From the NCBI GenBank assembly GCA_043817235.1, contig JBDRHA010000007.1, forward strand, positions 137,212 through 201,211: a DNA stretch of 64,000 bases, written 5' to 3'. The notes beneath the pieces are model-generated. The model did no database searches, was not told where the DNA came from, and was given only the letters and a program-made list of their open reading frames with translations. Positions 1-8,400 of this stretch are shown here, one piece after another. Both the position numbers and the translations under genes were made by a program. The DNA comes from Candidatus Shapirobacteria bacterium. GTDB lineage: Bacteria; Patescibacteriota; Microgenomatia; UBA12405; BS750m-G30. Positions within the stretch are counted from its first letter, which is position 1, and each line of letters begins with the position of its first letter.

Positions 1-632
1 GGATATTTTTAGCTGCCGTGCCGGTGGCCATAACCTTTGATTCGATTCCTAATGCGCTTCGCAACCTAGTTGCTTTGCCTTCTTATCAACTGCTTGCGGC
101 TTACGGGTTTGTTAGTTTTTTTGGCTTAATTAAAGAAAAAAAGATCACGACCGGACTAGTTGTCTTGTCAGTGCTTATATTCGGATATCAGTTTCTTTTA
201 TATCTAAATCTTTATTATGAAAAATATTCTCTCGCTTATTCCCGTGATTGGCAGTACGGCTATAAGCAGGTTTTAGACTATGTTGCTCAGAATCAAGATA
301 ATTATGACCGGGTAATTATTACTCGTCATTACGGGGAGCCGCATGTTTTTACCTTATTTTGGCTAACTTTTGACCCGGGCAAATACCAGAATGATGAGAG
401 CCTGGTTCGCTATCAAGATCATGATTGGGTTTGGGTAAGCGGGTTTGATAAGTATTTATTTCCCGACCTAGGCGATTCGGGATCCAGGGTGACTGATTTT
501 AAAGAAAAATACGCTGACCAAGGGAAAACTTTGATTATCGGCCGGCCTGATGATTTTTCCCCGACTGACCCGCAGTTAAAAAAGGTTAGTTTTTTGGACG
601 GCAAAGATGCATTTCAAATTAGCGAATTTTAG
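1..632 (+). CDS. C-terminal part of a GT-C membrane glycosyltransferase (ArnT/PMT-like, GT39/83), 5'-truncated by the window edge
   Basis: The frame is open from nt 3 with no upstream stop. The N-terminal stretch is hydrophobic and transmembrane-like. The C-terminal soluble domain carries the SRDWQYGYKQVL motif, which matches ADEWQAGYEQVF in the next gene. Confidence 0.5.
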   Translation, partial: IFLAAVPVAITFDSIPNALRNLVALPSYQLLAAYGFVSFFGLIKEKKITTGLVVLSVLIFGYQFLLYLNLYYEKYSLAYSRDWQYGYKQVLDYVAQNQDNYDRVIITRHYGEPHVFTLFWLTFDPGKYQNDESLVRYQDHDWVWVSGFDKYLFPDLGDSGSRVTDFKEKYADQGKTLIIGRPDDFSPTDPQLKKVSFLDGKDAFQISEF

Positions 633-2085
633 CTTTGTTCTTCTTTTTTTGCTTGGAGTGGGCTTGCGCCTGTTTGCTCTTGGCAAAATCCCTTCGGGAT
701 TAAGCTGGGACGAGGCCTCTATTGGCTATAATGCTTGGTCAGTATTGCAATCCGGCAAAGACGAGTGGGGCGAATTTTTGCCGCTTCATTTTCGGGCTTT
801 TGGGGAATGGAAACTGCCGGGATATATTTACGCTGATGCTATTTTTATTAAAATTTTTGGCCTTAATTCCTTGGCAGTACGCCTGCCCTCAATTTTGGCC
901 GGTATCGGCGGAGCAATTGTTTTTGGTTTAATCTGGCAAAAACTAAAAGGAAAAAAAACAGCCCTGATTGCTTCTTTATTATTTTTGTTTTCCTTTTGGA
1001 GCTTTTTTCTATCTCGGGCTGCTTTTGAGGCAAACTTGGGATTATTTTTATTTTTAGCCGGCTGGTGTTTGTTTCTTTACCAAAGAACTTATTTGTCTAT
1101 TATTATATTTGTTCTTACGCTTTATACCTATAATGCTTTTCGGATTATTACCCCCTTATTTGTTTTTTGGCTAATTTTTCTTTATCGGCAGGACATCAAG
1201 AAAGCTAAAATTTATCGGTCACTGGCACTCTTTGCGGGAGGAAGCCTGTTATTGATTAGATTTGCAATTCTAAACAACTCCGCTCTTTCTCGGTTTAGCC
1301 AAGTAGCTCCTGAGGGAAATATGTTTTTAGTTGTTTTAAGAAATTATTTATCTCATTTTGGGCTTGAGTTTTTAGTGTCTAAGGGCGACCTTAACCAGCG
1401 CCATTTTTCTCAAATCAACGGCCAAATATCTTATCTAGTATTGATCCTGGCTATATTCGGAGCTTTTTTGCTTTGGCAAAGATTAAGAAAATTTAGGCGG
1501 CGAGCCAAAACAGAGCTTTCCGTTTTGGGCTTGCTTTTAATTTCTCCTTTGCCGGCGGCAATTACTAAGGAATCACCCCATTCTTTGCGGGCGATTGGTT
1601 TACTACCGGTCTTTTTGAACTTAGCGTGCCTTGGGGCACAATATTTAAGGAGCAGGTTAGTCAAAACAAAATCTGTTTGGCTGCGAGCTGGAGGTTGTCT
1701 GGTTTTGTTTTTTTTATTTTCCCAATATGTTCTTTTTTATCAAGACTATTTTATCAACTACTCCCAGCGCTCCGCTGATGAATGGCAAGCGGGCTATGAG
1801 CAAGTGTTTTTAGAGTTAAAAGAAGAGAAGAGGCCAATTTATTTTAGTACCAAAAAAATTCAGCCTTATATTTTTGATCTTTTTTATCAGCCGCGCCTAA
1901 TTAGTGGCTTAGATTATGATGTAGCCGAACCAAGTTTTTGGCATGAGAGTAGGTTATCCAGAATAGAAAATATTTACTTTCTGAATCAGGAGGAAGTTAT
2001 AAATAAGGCCAACAACAAAGAGCCGGGAGTTTATGTTTTAGCGGTTGATGGCCAAAGCGAAGGATTTGTTTTATTCTCTTTTTGA
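607..2085 (+). CDS. ArnT/PMT-like GT-C glycosyltransferase (dolichyl-phosphate-mannose-protein mannosyltransferase family), about 12 TM
   Basis: The N-terminal motif GKIPSGLSWDEASIGYNAW...GEWKLPGYIY is typical of PMT_2/ArnT. Many TM helices follow, then a C-terminal soluble domain. It is a tandem paralogue of the upstream partial gene. Confidence 0.7.
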   Translation: MHFKLANFSFVLLFLLGVGLRLFALGKIPSGLSWDEASIGYNAWSVLQSGKDEWGEFLPLHFRAFGEWKLPGYIYADAIFIKIFGLNSLAVRLPSILAGIGGAIVFGLIWQKLKGKKTALIASLLFLFSFWSFFLSRAAFEANLGLFLFLAGWCLFLYQRTYLSIIIFVLTLYTYNAFRIITPLFVFWLIFLYRQDIKKAKIYRSLALFAGGSLLLIRFAILNNSALSRFSQVAPEGNMFLVVLRNYLSHFGLEFLVSKGDLNQRHFSQINGQISYLVLILAIFGAFLLWQRLRKFRRRAKTELSVLGLLLISPLPAAITKESPHSLRAIGLLPVFLNLACLGAQYLRSRLVKTKSVWLRAGGCLVLFFLFSQYVLFYQDYFINYSQRSADEWQAGYEQVFLELKEEKRPIYFSTKKIQPYIFDLFYQPRLISGLDYDVAEPSFWHESRLSRIENIYFLNQEEVINKANNKEPGVYVLAVDGQSEGFVLFSF

Positions 2086-2111
2086 TTATAAAATCAAACA
2101 GATCATATAAA

Positions 2112-2999
2112 ATGATAGCTAAAAAGTCAAAAATTTCCGTAGTCATTCCGGTTTGGAACGGGGAAAAGCTTCTGAAAAAGAATTTACCCTTAGTATTCAA
2201 AGCTTTGCCGAAAGGGACCGAGGTGATTCTTGTTGACGACGGCTCAAAAGACGGCAGTGGTCAGTATCTAAAAAACCTAAAAACAAAAGATTATCCTTTA
2301 AAAATTTTTATTAATAAAACAAACCAGGGTTTTGTCTATTCAGCTAATTTGGGAGTAAAGAAAGCCAAATCGGAACTTGTTTTACTTTTAAACACGGATG
2401 TTGTTCCGCAAAAGAACTTTTTGTCTCCGGCCCTAAGGCATTTTCAGGATGAAAAAGTATTTGCCGTTTCTTTAGCTGAGCAGGGTTATGGTTGGGCCAA
2501 GATTTGGTGGCGAGGGGGATTTATTCATATTGGGGATGGGGGGAAAAGCAAAAGTTTTCATATTTGTGCTTGGGCTTCAGGAGGAACCGGGGTTTTTCGA
2601 AAAAAAATGTGGGAGGAGCTAGGGGGCTTTGATTCTCTTTACAGTCCTTATTATTGGGAAGATTTTGATTTGGGTTTTCGGGCTTGGAAACAGGGCTGGA
2701 AAATTATTTGGGAGCCAAAAGCGCTGGTTTTCCACCAACATGAATCCAGCACTTCCAAAGTTAATCGCCAATACGTTAATCTGATCAAGGAAAGAAATCA
2801 ACTGCTTTTTATTTGGAAAAATATTAGCAATAGAGGATGGCGCTTTGCTAATTATTTAGGGATGGCTTTAAGGGTTGTCTTAGGCCCGAATTATTTAAAA
2901 GTGATTATGGCTGCAAAAAGGCAGTATAAAATTTGCGGTCGGCCCATGACTTGCGAGGGCAAACTTACCGACAGGCAGGTGCTAAAACTTTTTCGATGA
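2112..2999 (+). CDS. glycosyltransferase family 2
   Basis: The N-terminus reads ISVVIPVWNGEKLL...VILVDDGSKDGS, followed by NTDVV (DxD-like), which is the GT2 Rossmann signature. The ATG at 2112 is preferred over the TTG at 2082. Confidence 0.75.
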   Translation: MIAKKSKISVVIPVWNGEKLLKKNLPLVFKALPKGTEVILVDDGSKDGSGQYLKNLKTKDYPLKIFINKTNQGFVYSANLGVKKAKSELVLLLNTDVVPQKNFLSPALRHFQDEKVFAVSLAEQGYGWAKIWWRGGFIHIGDGGKSKSFHICAWASGGTGVFRKKMWEELGGFDSLYSPYYWEDFDLGFRAWKQGWKIIWEPKALVFHQHESSTSKVNRQYVNLIKERNQLLFIWKNISNRGWRFANYLGMALRVVLGPNYLKVIMAAKRQYKICGRPMTCEGKLTDRQVLKLFR

Positions 3000-3817
3000 A
3001 GCTAATAGATCTTTCGATTATTATAATTAGTTTTAATACAAAAAAAATTCTTGGTCAGTGTTTAAAATCTATTCTTTCCAGTCGAGATAAACTAAGAAAA
3101 GAGATAATTATTGTTGATAATGCTTCAGCTGACGATTCCTTGAGAATCGTCAGAAAGTTCCAATTTTCAAATTCCAATTTTCAAATTAAATTAATTAAAA
3201 ATAAGAAGAATTTAGGTTTTGCAAAAGCTAATAATCAGGGGATAAAAATTGCTCGGGGTAAAAATGTTTTGCTCTTAAATAGCGATACTCTAGTAAAGAA
3301 AAATTCTCTTTCAAAACTAGTTAAATTTGCGAAAAAAAATAAGGACTTAGGAGCTGTCGCGCCCCGATTATTAAATGCTGATGGCAGTGTCCAGCCTTCA
3401 TGCTTTCGTTTTCCCTCGGTAAAAGGGGCAATTAAAGAATTTTGGCTAAGCAAAAAAAATTCATTTTCTAAATATTACCCCAAAACTGGCCAGCCAGCTT
3501 TAGTTGAAGCGGCGGTGGGGGCTGCTTTACTTTTACCCCAAAAAACCATCGCCAAGATAGGCTTGCTTGATGAGCGGTATTTTATGTATTTTGAAGATTT
3601 GGATTATTGTCGAAGAATTAAGAAGGCCGGATTAAAGATTTATTATTTACCTCAAGCGGAGATTGTTCATATTCATGGAGCAAGCGGAAAAAAAGAAAAA
3701 GGGAAAACAAATTTATGGCTAAAAGAAAGTAGTAAAATATATTATGGTTTAGCTAGATATTATTTAATTAATTTTATTATTTGGAGTGGGCAAAAATGGG
3801 TTAAAATGAAACAATGA
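2996..3817 (+). CDS. glycosyltransferase family 2 (rhamnosyltransferase-like)
   Basis: Contains LSIIIISFNTK...IIIVDNASADDS...NLGFAKANNQG...LLLNSDT. The ATG at 2996 is in frame with the track ORF at 2933. Confidence 0.75.
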   Translation: MKLIDLSIIIISFNTKKILGQCLKSILSSRDKLRKEIIIVDNASADDSLRIVRKFQFSNSNFQIKLIKNKKNLGFAKANNQGIKIARGKNVLLLNSDTLVKKNSLSKLVKFAKKNKDLGAVAPRLLNADGSVQPSCFRFPSVKGAIKEFWLSKKNSFSKYYPKTGQPALVEAAVGAALLLPQKTIAKIGLLDERYFMYFEDLDYCRRIKKAGLKIYYLPQAEIVHIHGASGKKEKGKTNLWLKESSKIYYGLARYYLINFIIWSGQKWVKMKQ

Positions 3818-4614
3818 AAAAATATAAACTTTCGGTAGCTTTGGCCACTTTTAATGAAGAAAAGAATTTAGCCCGCTGTTTGGATTCGGTCAAAGGCTGG
3901 GTAGATGAAATTGTGGTAGTTGACGGTTCTTCGACCGACAAAACTAGAGAAATTGCAAAAAAATTTGGCGCGAAAATAATTAAAACGACAAACAAGCCAG
4001 TTTTTCATATTAATAAACAAAAGGCAATAGATAGATGTTCTGGGGAATGGATTTTGCAATTAGATGCTGACGAGGTCGTGGATGCGAAACTCAAGCAAGA
4101 GATCTTAAAGATAGTGAGAAAGGGGAGTAATTTTACTGCCTTTTGGATTCCGCGAAAAAATTATTTTTTAGGAAAATTTTTACAGAAAACCGGTCAATAT
4201 CCTGACTCTGTAATTCGTTTTTTTAAAAAAGAGAAGGCATGGCTGCCCTGCAAATCGGTTCATGAGCAAGTCGAAGTAATGGGAAAAGTCGGCTGTTTAA
4301 AAGGACATCTGTTTCATTACGGCAATAAAAGTCTTTCCGAGTATTTGAAAAGGTCTAACCGCTACACCACTTTAACTGCTAAAGAATTGTTAGATTCGGG
4401 AGAAAGGCCAGGGATTTTTAGTTTTTTGAGGGCTGTAATTAAGGCTAAAAAAACTTTTCTTATTTTATTTTTTCGAAACAAGGGTTTTTTAGACGGTTTC
4501 CCTGGTTTTGTTTTTTCCTTTTATTCCGGCTTGCATCACCTAACTGCTTACGTGAAATTTTGGGAAATGAATAAAGAGAAAAGAGGGGCTGATATTGGCA
4601 AAGATTGGGAGTAG
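3814..4614 (+). CDS. glycosyltransferase family 2
   Basis: Contains LSVALATFNEEKNLARCLDSV...IVVVDGSSTDKTREIA. An ATGA start/stop overlap with the upstream gene suggests translational coupling. Confidence 0.75.
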   Translation: MKKYKLSVALATFNEEKNLARCLDSVKGWVDEIVVVDGSSTDKTREIAKKFGAKIIKTTNKPVFHINKQKAIDRCSGEWILQLDADEVVDAKLKQEILKIVRKGSNFTAFWIPRKNYFLGKFLQKTGQYPDSVIRFFKKEKAWLPCKSVHEQVEVMGKVGCLKGHLFHYGNKSLSEYLKRSNRYTTLTAKELLDSGERPGIFSFLRAVIKAKKTFLILFFRNKGFLDGFPGFVFSFYSGLHHLTAYVKFWEMNKEKRGADIGKDWE

Positions 4615-4643
4615 GGTAGATAATTAGATACAATATCCTTGCT

Positions 4644-5195
4644 ATGAAATCTACGGAAAGGCCAAGAACTATAAATCGAGATATTCGCAAATGGCTTAAG
4701 GAAGATCTGGGGAAAATTAGGCATGAATTTAAAAAAGCTTTAGTCGAAAGAGCCACTCAAGATGTTTTGGCTTGGGAAGAAATAAGCGCTTGCTTTTTTC
4801 TTTCAAGTAGGTGTTACAGCGAAATGCCTATTTGTGATCATGTTTGGAGTGGAATTCAACCTCCCCGTGGCTTTGAAAAAGTTCCTTTTGAAAACGGTAG
4901 AGTGGACATTATTGGAGCAAGCGCCAATCTGATATTGGATAGCTGCCCTCACCATACTTATGCTGCCAGCCCTGAAGGTTTTATTATTTGCCTTACTCCT
5001 GGCTTATTTATTGGTTTTAACAGAGAAGATATGTTGCCAGGGGCGCGGCTATCTTGGTTAAAAAATTTAGCTCCAGATTTGATTAGTTTATTTCCCGATG
5101 ATAGAGGTCGACAGGGAATTGGGGTTTTATTTGGCCATCAAGAAGAAATTACCAGGAGGCTAGGATTTTTATATACCACGCAAGGCCAGTACTAA
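4644..5195 (+). CDS. hypothetical protein
   Basis: Complete ORF of 183 aa with no motif I recognise. GC is higher than in neighbouring genes. Its last codons and stop lie inside repeat copy A. Confidence 0.35.
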   Translation: MKSTERPRTINRDIRKWLKEDLGKIRHEFKKALVERATQDVLAWEEISACFFLSSRCYSEMPICDHVWSGIQPPRGFEKVPFENGRVDIIGASANLILDSCPHHTYAASPEGFIICLTPGLFIGFNREDMLPGARLSWLKNLAPDLISLFPDDRGRQGIGVLFGHQEEITRRLGFLYTTQGQY

Positions 5196-5270
5196 ATGGC
5201 ACTTGGCAAAGCGAGCAAAAGAAGAAACTGCGCAAACTAGCTTGCGCAGAGACTTCATTTTTCCCCTTGC
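5181..5270. repeat. copy A of a ~85-nt two-hairpin repeat element (RPE-like)
   Basis: About 55 nt (acttggcaaagcgagcaaaagaagaaactgcgcaaactagcttgcgcagagacttcattt) are nearly identical to 27852-27912. The left arm gccagtac...gcacttggc and the palindromic arm ctgcgcaa/ttgcgcag can each form a hairpin. Confidence 0.5.
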
Positions 5271-5383
5271 TTTTGTACTTTGCCCGAAAGAGTAAACAAT
5301 CCCTGGATTATTACGATCCATGATTAAAATGGGCCAAGCGCAAACCCGAAAATTTTCCTGGGCGAAAACGGCTAAAGAATAGG

Positions 5384-5417
5384 CAAACCCCCTCTTGACA
5401 AGGGTTTGATTTTTTGG
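5384..5417 (+). terminator. possible intrinsic terminator or leader hairpin
   Basis: A 7-bp stem caaaccc/gggtttg encloses an 11-nt loop and is followed by the T-tract attttttgg. It lies just upstream of the start codon of the giant protein gene. Confidence 0.25.
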
Positions 5418-5432
5418 TTCTCTTGTTTAAGA

Positions 5433-8400
5433 ATGATGAAACATTTTTTTGCTGGATTAATTTTTTTTATTTTTAGTTTATTTTTATTCCCCTCTTTTGT
5501 TCAGGCTACTGATATCACTTTTACCTCTTTTACGGCTAGCAGCTATGAATTGGGAGAGGAGGGGGTAACTTATACTTATACTTTTACTATTCCCCAGACT
5601 CTTCCGACTAGTGGCTCTATTAGTATTCAATTAGTTCCCCAGCGCTCGGGAACAGATGGGGCAGAGGCTAATTTTTGCGATGCCACTTTAGCTGCTTTTA
5701 CAGATGACGGTGATGATTTAAGTGGAAGCGCTACTGTTCGGGCTTTTAGTTCAGGCCCAGGAGTATGCAGTGGCCAGGGGATAGTAGTTGAAGGTGATCC
5801 GTCTTTTTCTCAAGAGCTGGCAGCCGGTTCGGTAATAGCTGCTAGTTTTGCTAATGTAACTAATCCTTCTTTAGAGGGAACAGCTTATCACTCTATTGTG
5901 GATAATTATATAAATCAGACTGATTCAGATGCTGTTTCTTGGACTGCTTTTGGCGATCCGCTTTTAAAAATTACGGTAGTAGAGCCGGACGGGACTACGC
6001 CAGTGGCTTTGGCTAATGTCTGGATTCATAATACTTACTATACTAAAAGTGCCAGTTTAAGTACTCATGGCGGCGGTAATGCCTATTTTTATGCGAATGA
6101 TTTTTGGGTTCCTTCCGGAATTGCTTCGGATGACACTTACTCAATTCATGTAGAGGCTCCGACAGGCAGTGGTTCGACTAATGCTAACGTAGTTACCGGA
6201 GTAGCGGTAGCTAGTGGAGAAATTAATAATGATTATTTTGCCGATGGAGCTGAAGGACCGATAAGATTATCCAAACCCTTAATGACCGGAACGATGGTTG
6301 TCCCGGCCGGTTGCACTAATTGTGTAGCGGCTGAAGGAGACGCAATTACGGATGTGGACATTGATGTGCGGGATGCTTCTTATAATCCCAGTAATTTTTC
6401 CCATACTCGGGTAAATGATAGCGGGGTTTTTACGATTGGTGGGTTGTCTGGCAGTGAGACCGGGACTACTTACGTAGTTGAATTTCATAGCCCCTATGAT
6501 ATGAGCAACTATAAGGGTTTAATTCCTCCAGCAGTTATTGAAGAGCTAGTAGTTTATGATACGGATGGGGATGGGATTACTAATTATGTGAAATATGATT
6601 CGAACGGGGATGATGTTTTGGAACAAACTAATTTTGTCGATTTACCAATTGCTTTAGGTAATTTTCCTTTCCGCTTAGCCAGTAAGACTATTTCGGGGCG
6701 AATTACCAATATTGCTGGAGATCCGGTAAACGGAGCTTCAGTGCGGGCTTTTAAGATGATGAATCCGGAAATGGTCCAAACTACTACCGATAGCGATGGC
6801 GATTATTCGCTTCTAGTGGGAGGTGGTAGCTGGATGTTTATGCCCGAGCTGGATATGCACACTAATTTTGACGATGACGCTGATAACGACGTTAGTGCGG
6901 AATGGGTTTATTGCGGCATGGGCAAAAGCGCTACTTTTGAAAATGATACCAGTACGGAAACTTCAACTGGTAATAATTTTACCGTTAAAACAGCAAGTGT
7001 AACGATTATCGGAGCAGTCAAGGATCCCAGCGGGAATCCTTTCACGGGGGGCAATGGCGGTGTTTCTATCTTTTCTAAAAATGGCTGTGGTTCTAATTCA
7101 GCGATTGACCCAATGGATGGCACTTTTAGCGTTGGGGTTCCCCCCGGAACTTATGAGGTTAGTGTTCATACTTGGCAGCAAGATTATTCGGCTCCAGCCT
7201 CCACTGTCGTAACTGCTACTTCGGGAACAGTTAATGTAGGGAGCTTGCAATTGAGTACTAAACAAGCCAGGATTTCGGGTAGGTTGTGGGCAGATGCCAA
7301 CGAAAACGGCACTTACGATAGCGGTGAGGGGGTTGGTAATGTACGAGTAGAGGCTTTTAAAGCGGCTAAAAAGTTTGATGAGTTTTCTGGGGGGCCAGGA
7401 GGTGGGCCAATGGGAGGCGGAGGCGATTGGTCTTCAACCACGAGTTCTAACGACACAGATACAAAGGGTAATTTTGAGCTAAATGTTACTAAGGGAACTT
7501 GGGTGGTTAATGTAATGGCAGATCCGGGGATGATGGGGGGTTATTCGACTAATAGCGTGGATTATATTTATACTGGGGCTCCAACTCAGGTTCAGCTTTC
7601 GAGCGATACGTCTCAGAGCACAGGCAACAATTTTGAGTTAGGTATTGCGGATGCGACTATCAATGGTCGAGTAGTTAATTCGGAAACAGATGTGGGAATC
7701 GGTGGAGTTTATGGTTATGCTTTTGCGGAACCAGCGGGTACTTATGGTCAAAGTGCAATGATGGGTATGGGCATGGGGGCGATGATTAGCAATTCAGCCT
7801 TTACCATTAAGGTTCCTGCCGGTGACTATCGGATTGGAGTTGATTTTCCGCCCGAGACTTCAGGCTATACTCCGGCCAGTACCGCCACAGTAACCGCCGT
7901 TTCTGGAGAAACAGTGACGGTTGACGTTCCTGTAACTCCGAATAATGCGACCGTTAGGATTCAGTTTAAGGATAGCGCGGGGAGTTTAGTTACTGACTTA
8001 GCTCATGCGGAGGTTTTTATGGACAACGGAGCGGGTGGACATCAGTGGCGGATATTTTCTCAATCGGAATTAACTACGGGCAAGGTTGATATTCAAACTG
8101 CCGCCGGAGTATGGAATATTGGCTATTATATTAGCCCGACGGAAACTGACTATATGAGTCAGGCGGTGAACGACAACAAGGTGACAGCGATGGCTAATGA
8201 GACAGTTTCCAAAGATATTACTTTACAAGTAGCCAACTCTACCGTTTCTGGCACTGTCTACACGCCTGACGGCGATCCTCTTTCCGGAGTTTTTGTTTCT
8301 TTGGATTCGCGCAAAGCCTCCACTTTTAATCCTGTAAGCGGGCCGATATTCATGAGCGGAGATGTGACTGGGGCAGATGGAACCTATTCTCTTACCTTGC

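Noticed and set aside
419-604. Numerous short (60-150 aa) ORFs in the six-frame track lying antisense to or out of frame within long well-supported CDSs, for example 419-604, 6279-6488, 8377-8586, 19106-19570, 23677-24066 and 46596-46976
   Set aside because: Each is fully embedded in a longer gene with clear family motifs. They have no motifs of their own and are typical low-complexity AT-rich translations, so they are treated as spurious.
1-2085. Possibility that 1-632 and 607-2085 are one gene split by a frameshift (pseudogene)
   Set aside because: The first ORF ends with a complete C-terminal soluble domain of the same kind found at the end of the second ORF. The second ORF has its own N-terminal PMT-type start. 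They are tandem paralogues, not halves of one gene.
4644-5195. Hypothetical ORF as a Cas, transposase, integrase or toxin gene
   Set aside because: No HUH, DDE, RuvC, HEPN or PIN-like catalytic motifs are recognisable. It is left as hypothetical.
5395-5400. TTGACA hexamer upstream of the giant protein gene as its -35 box
   Set aside because: No acceptable -10 hexamer at 16-19 bp spacing. The TTGACA lies in the loop of the hairpin and is more likely coincidental.
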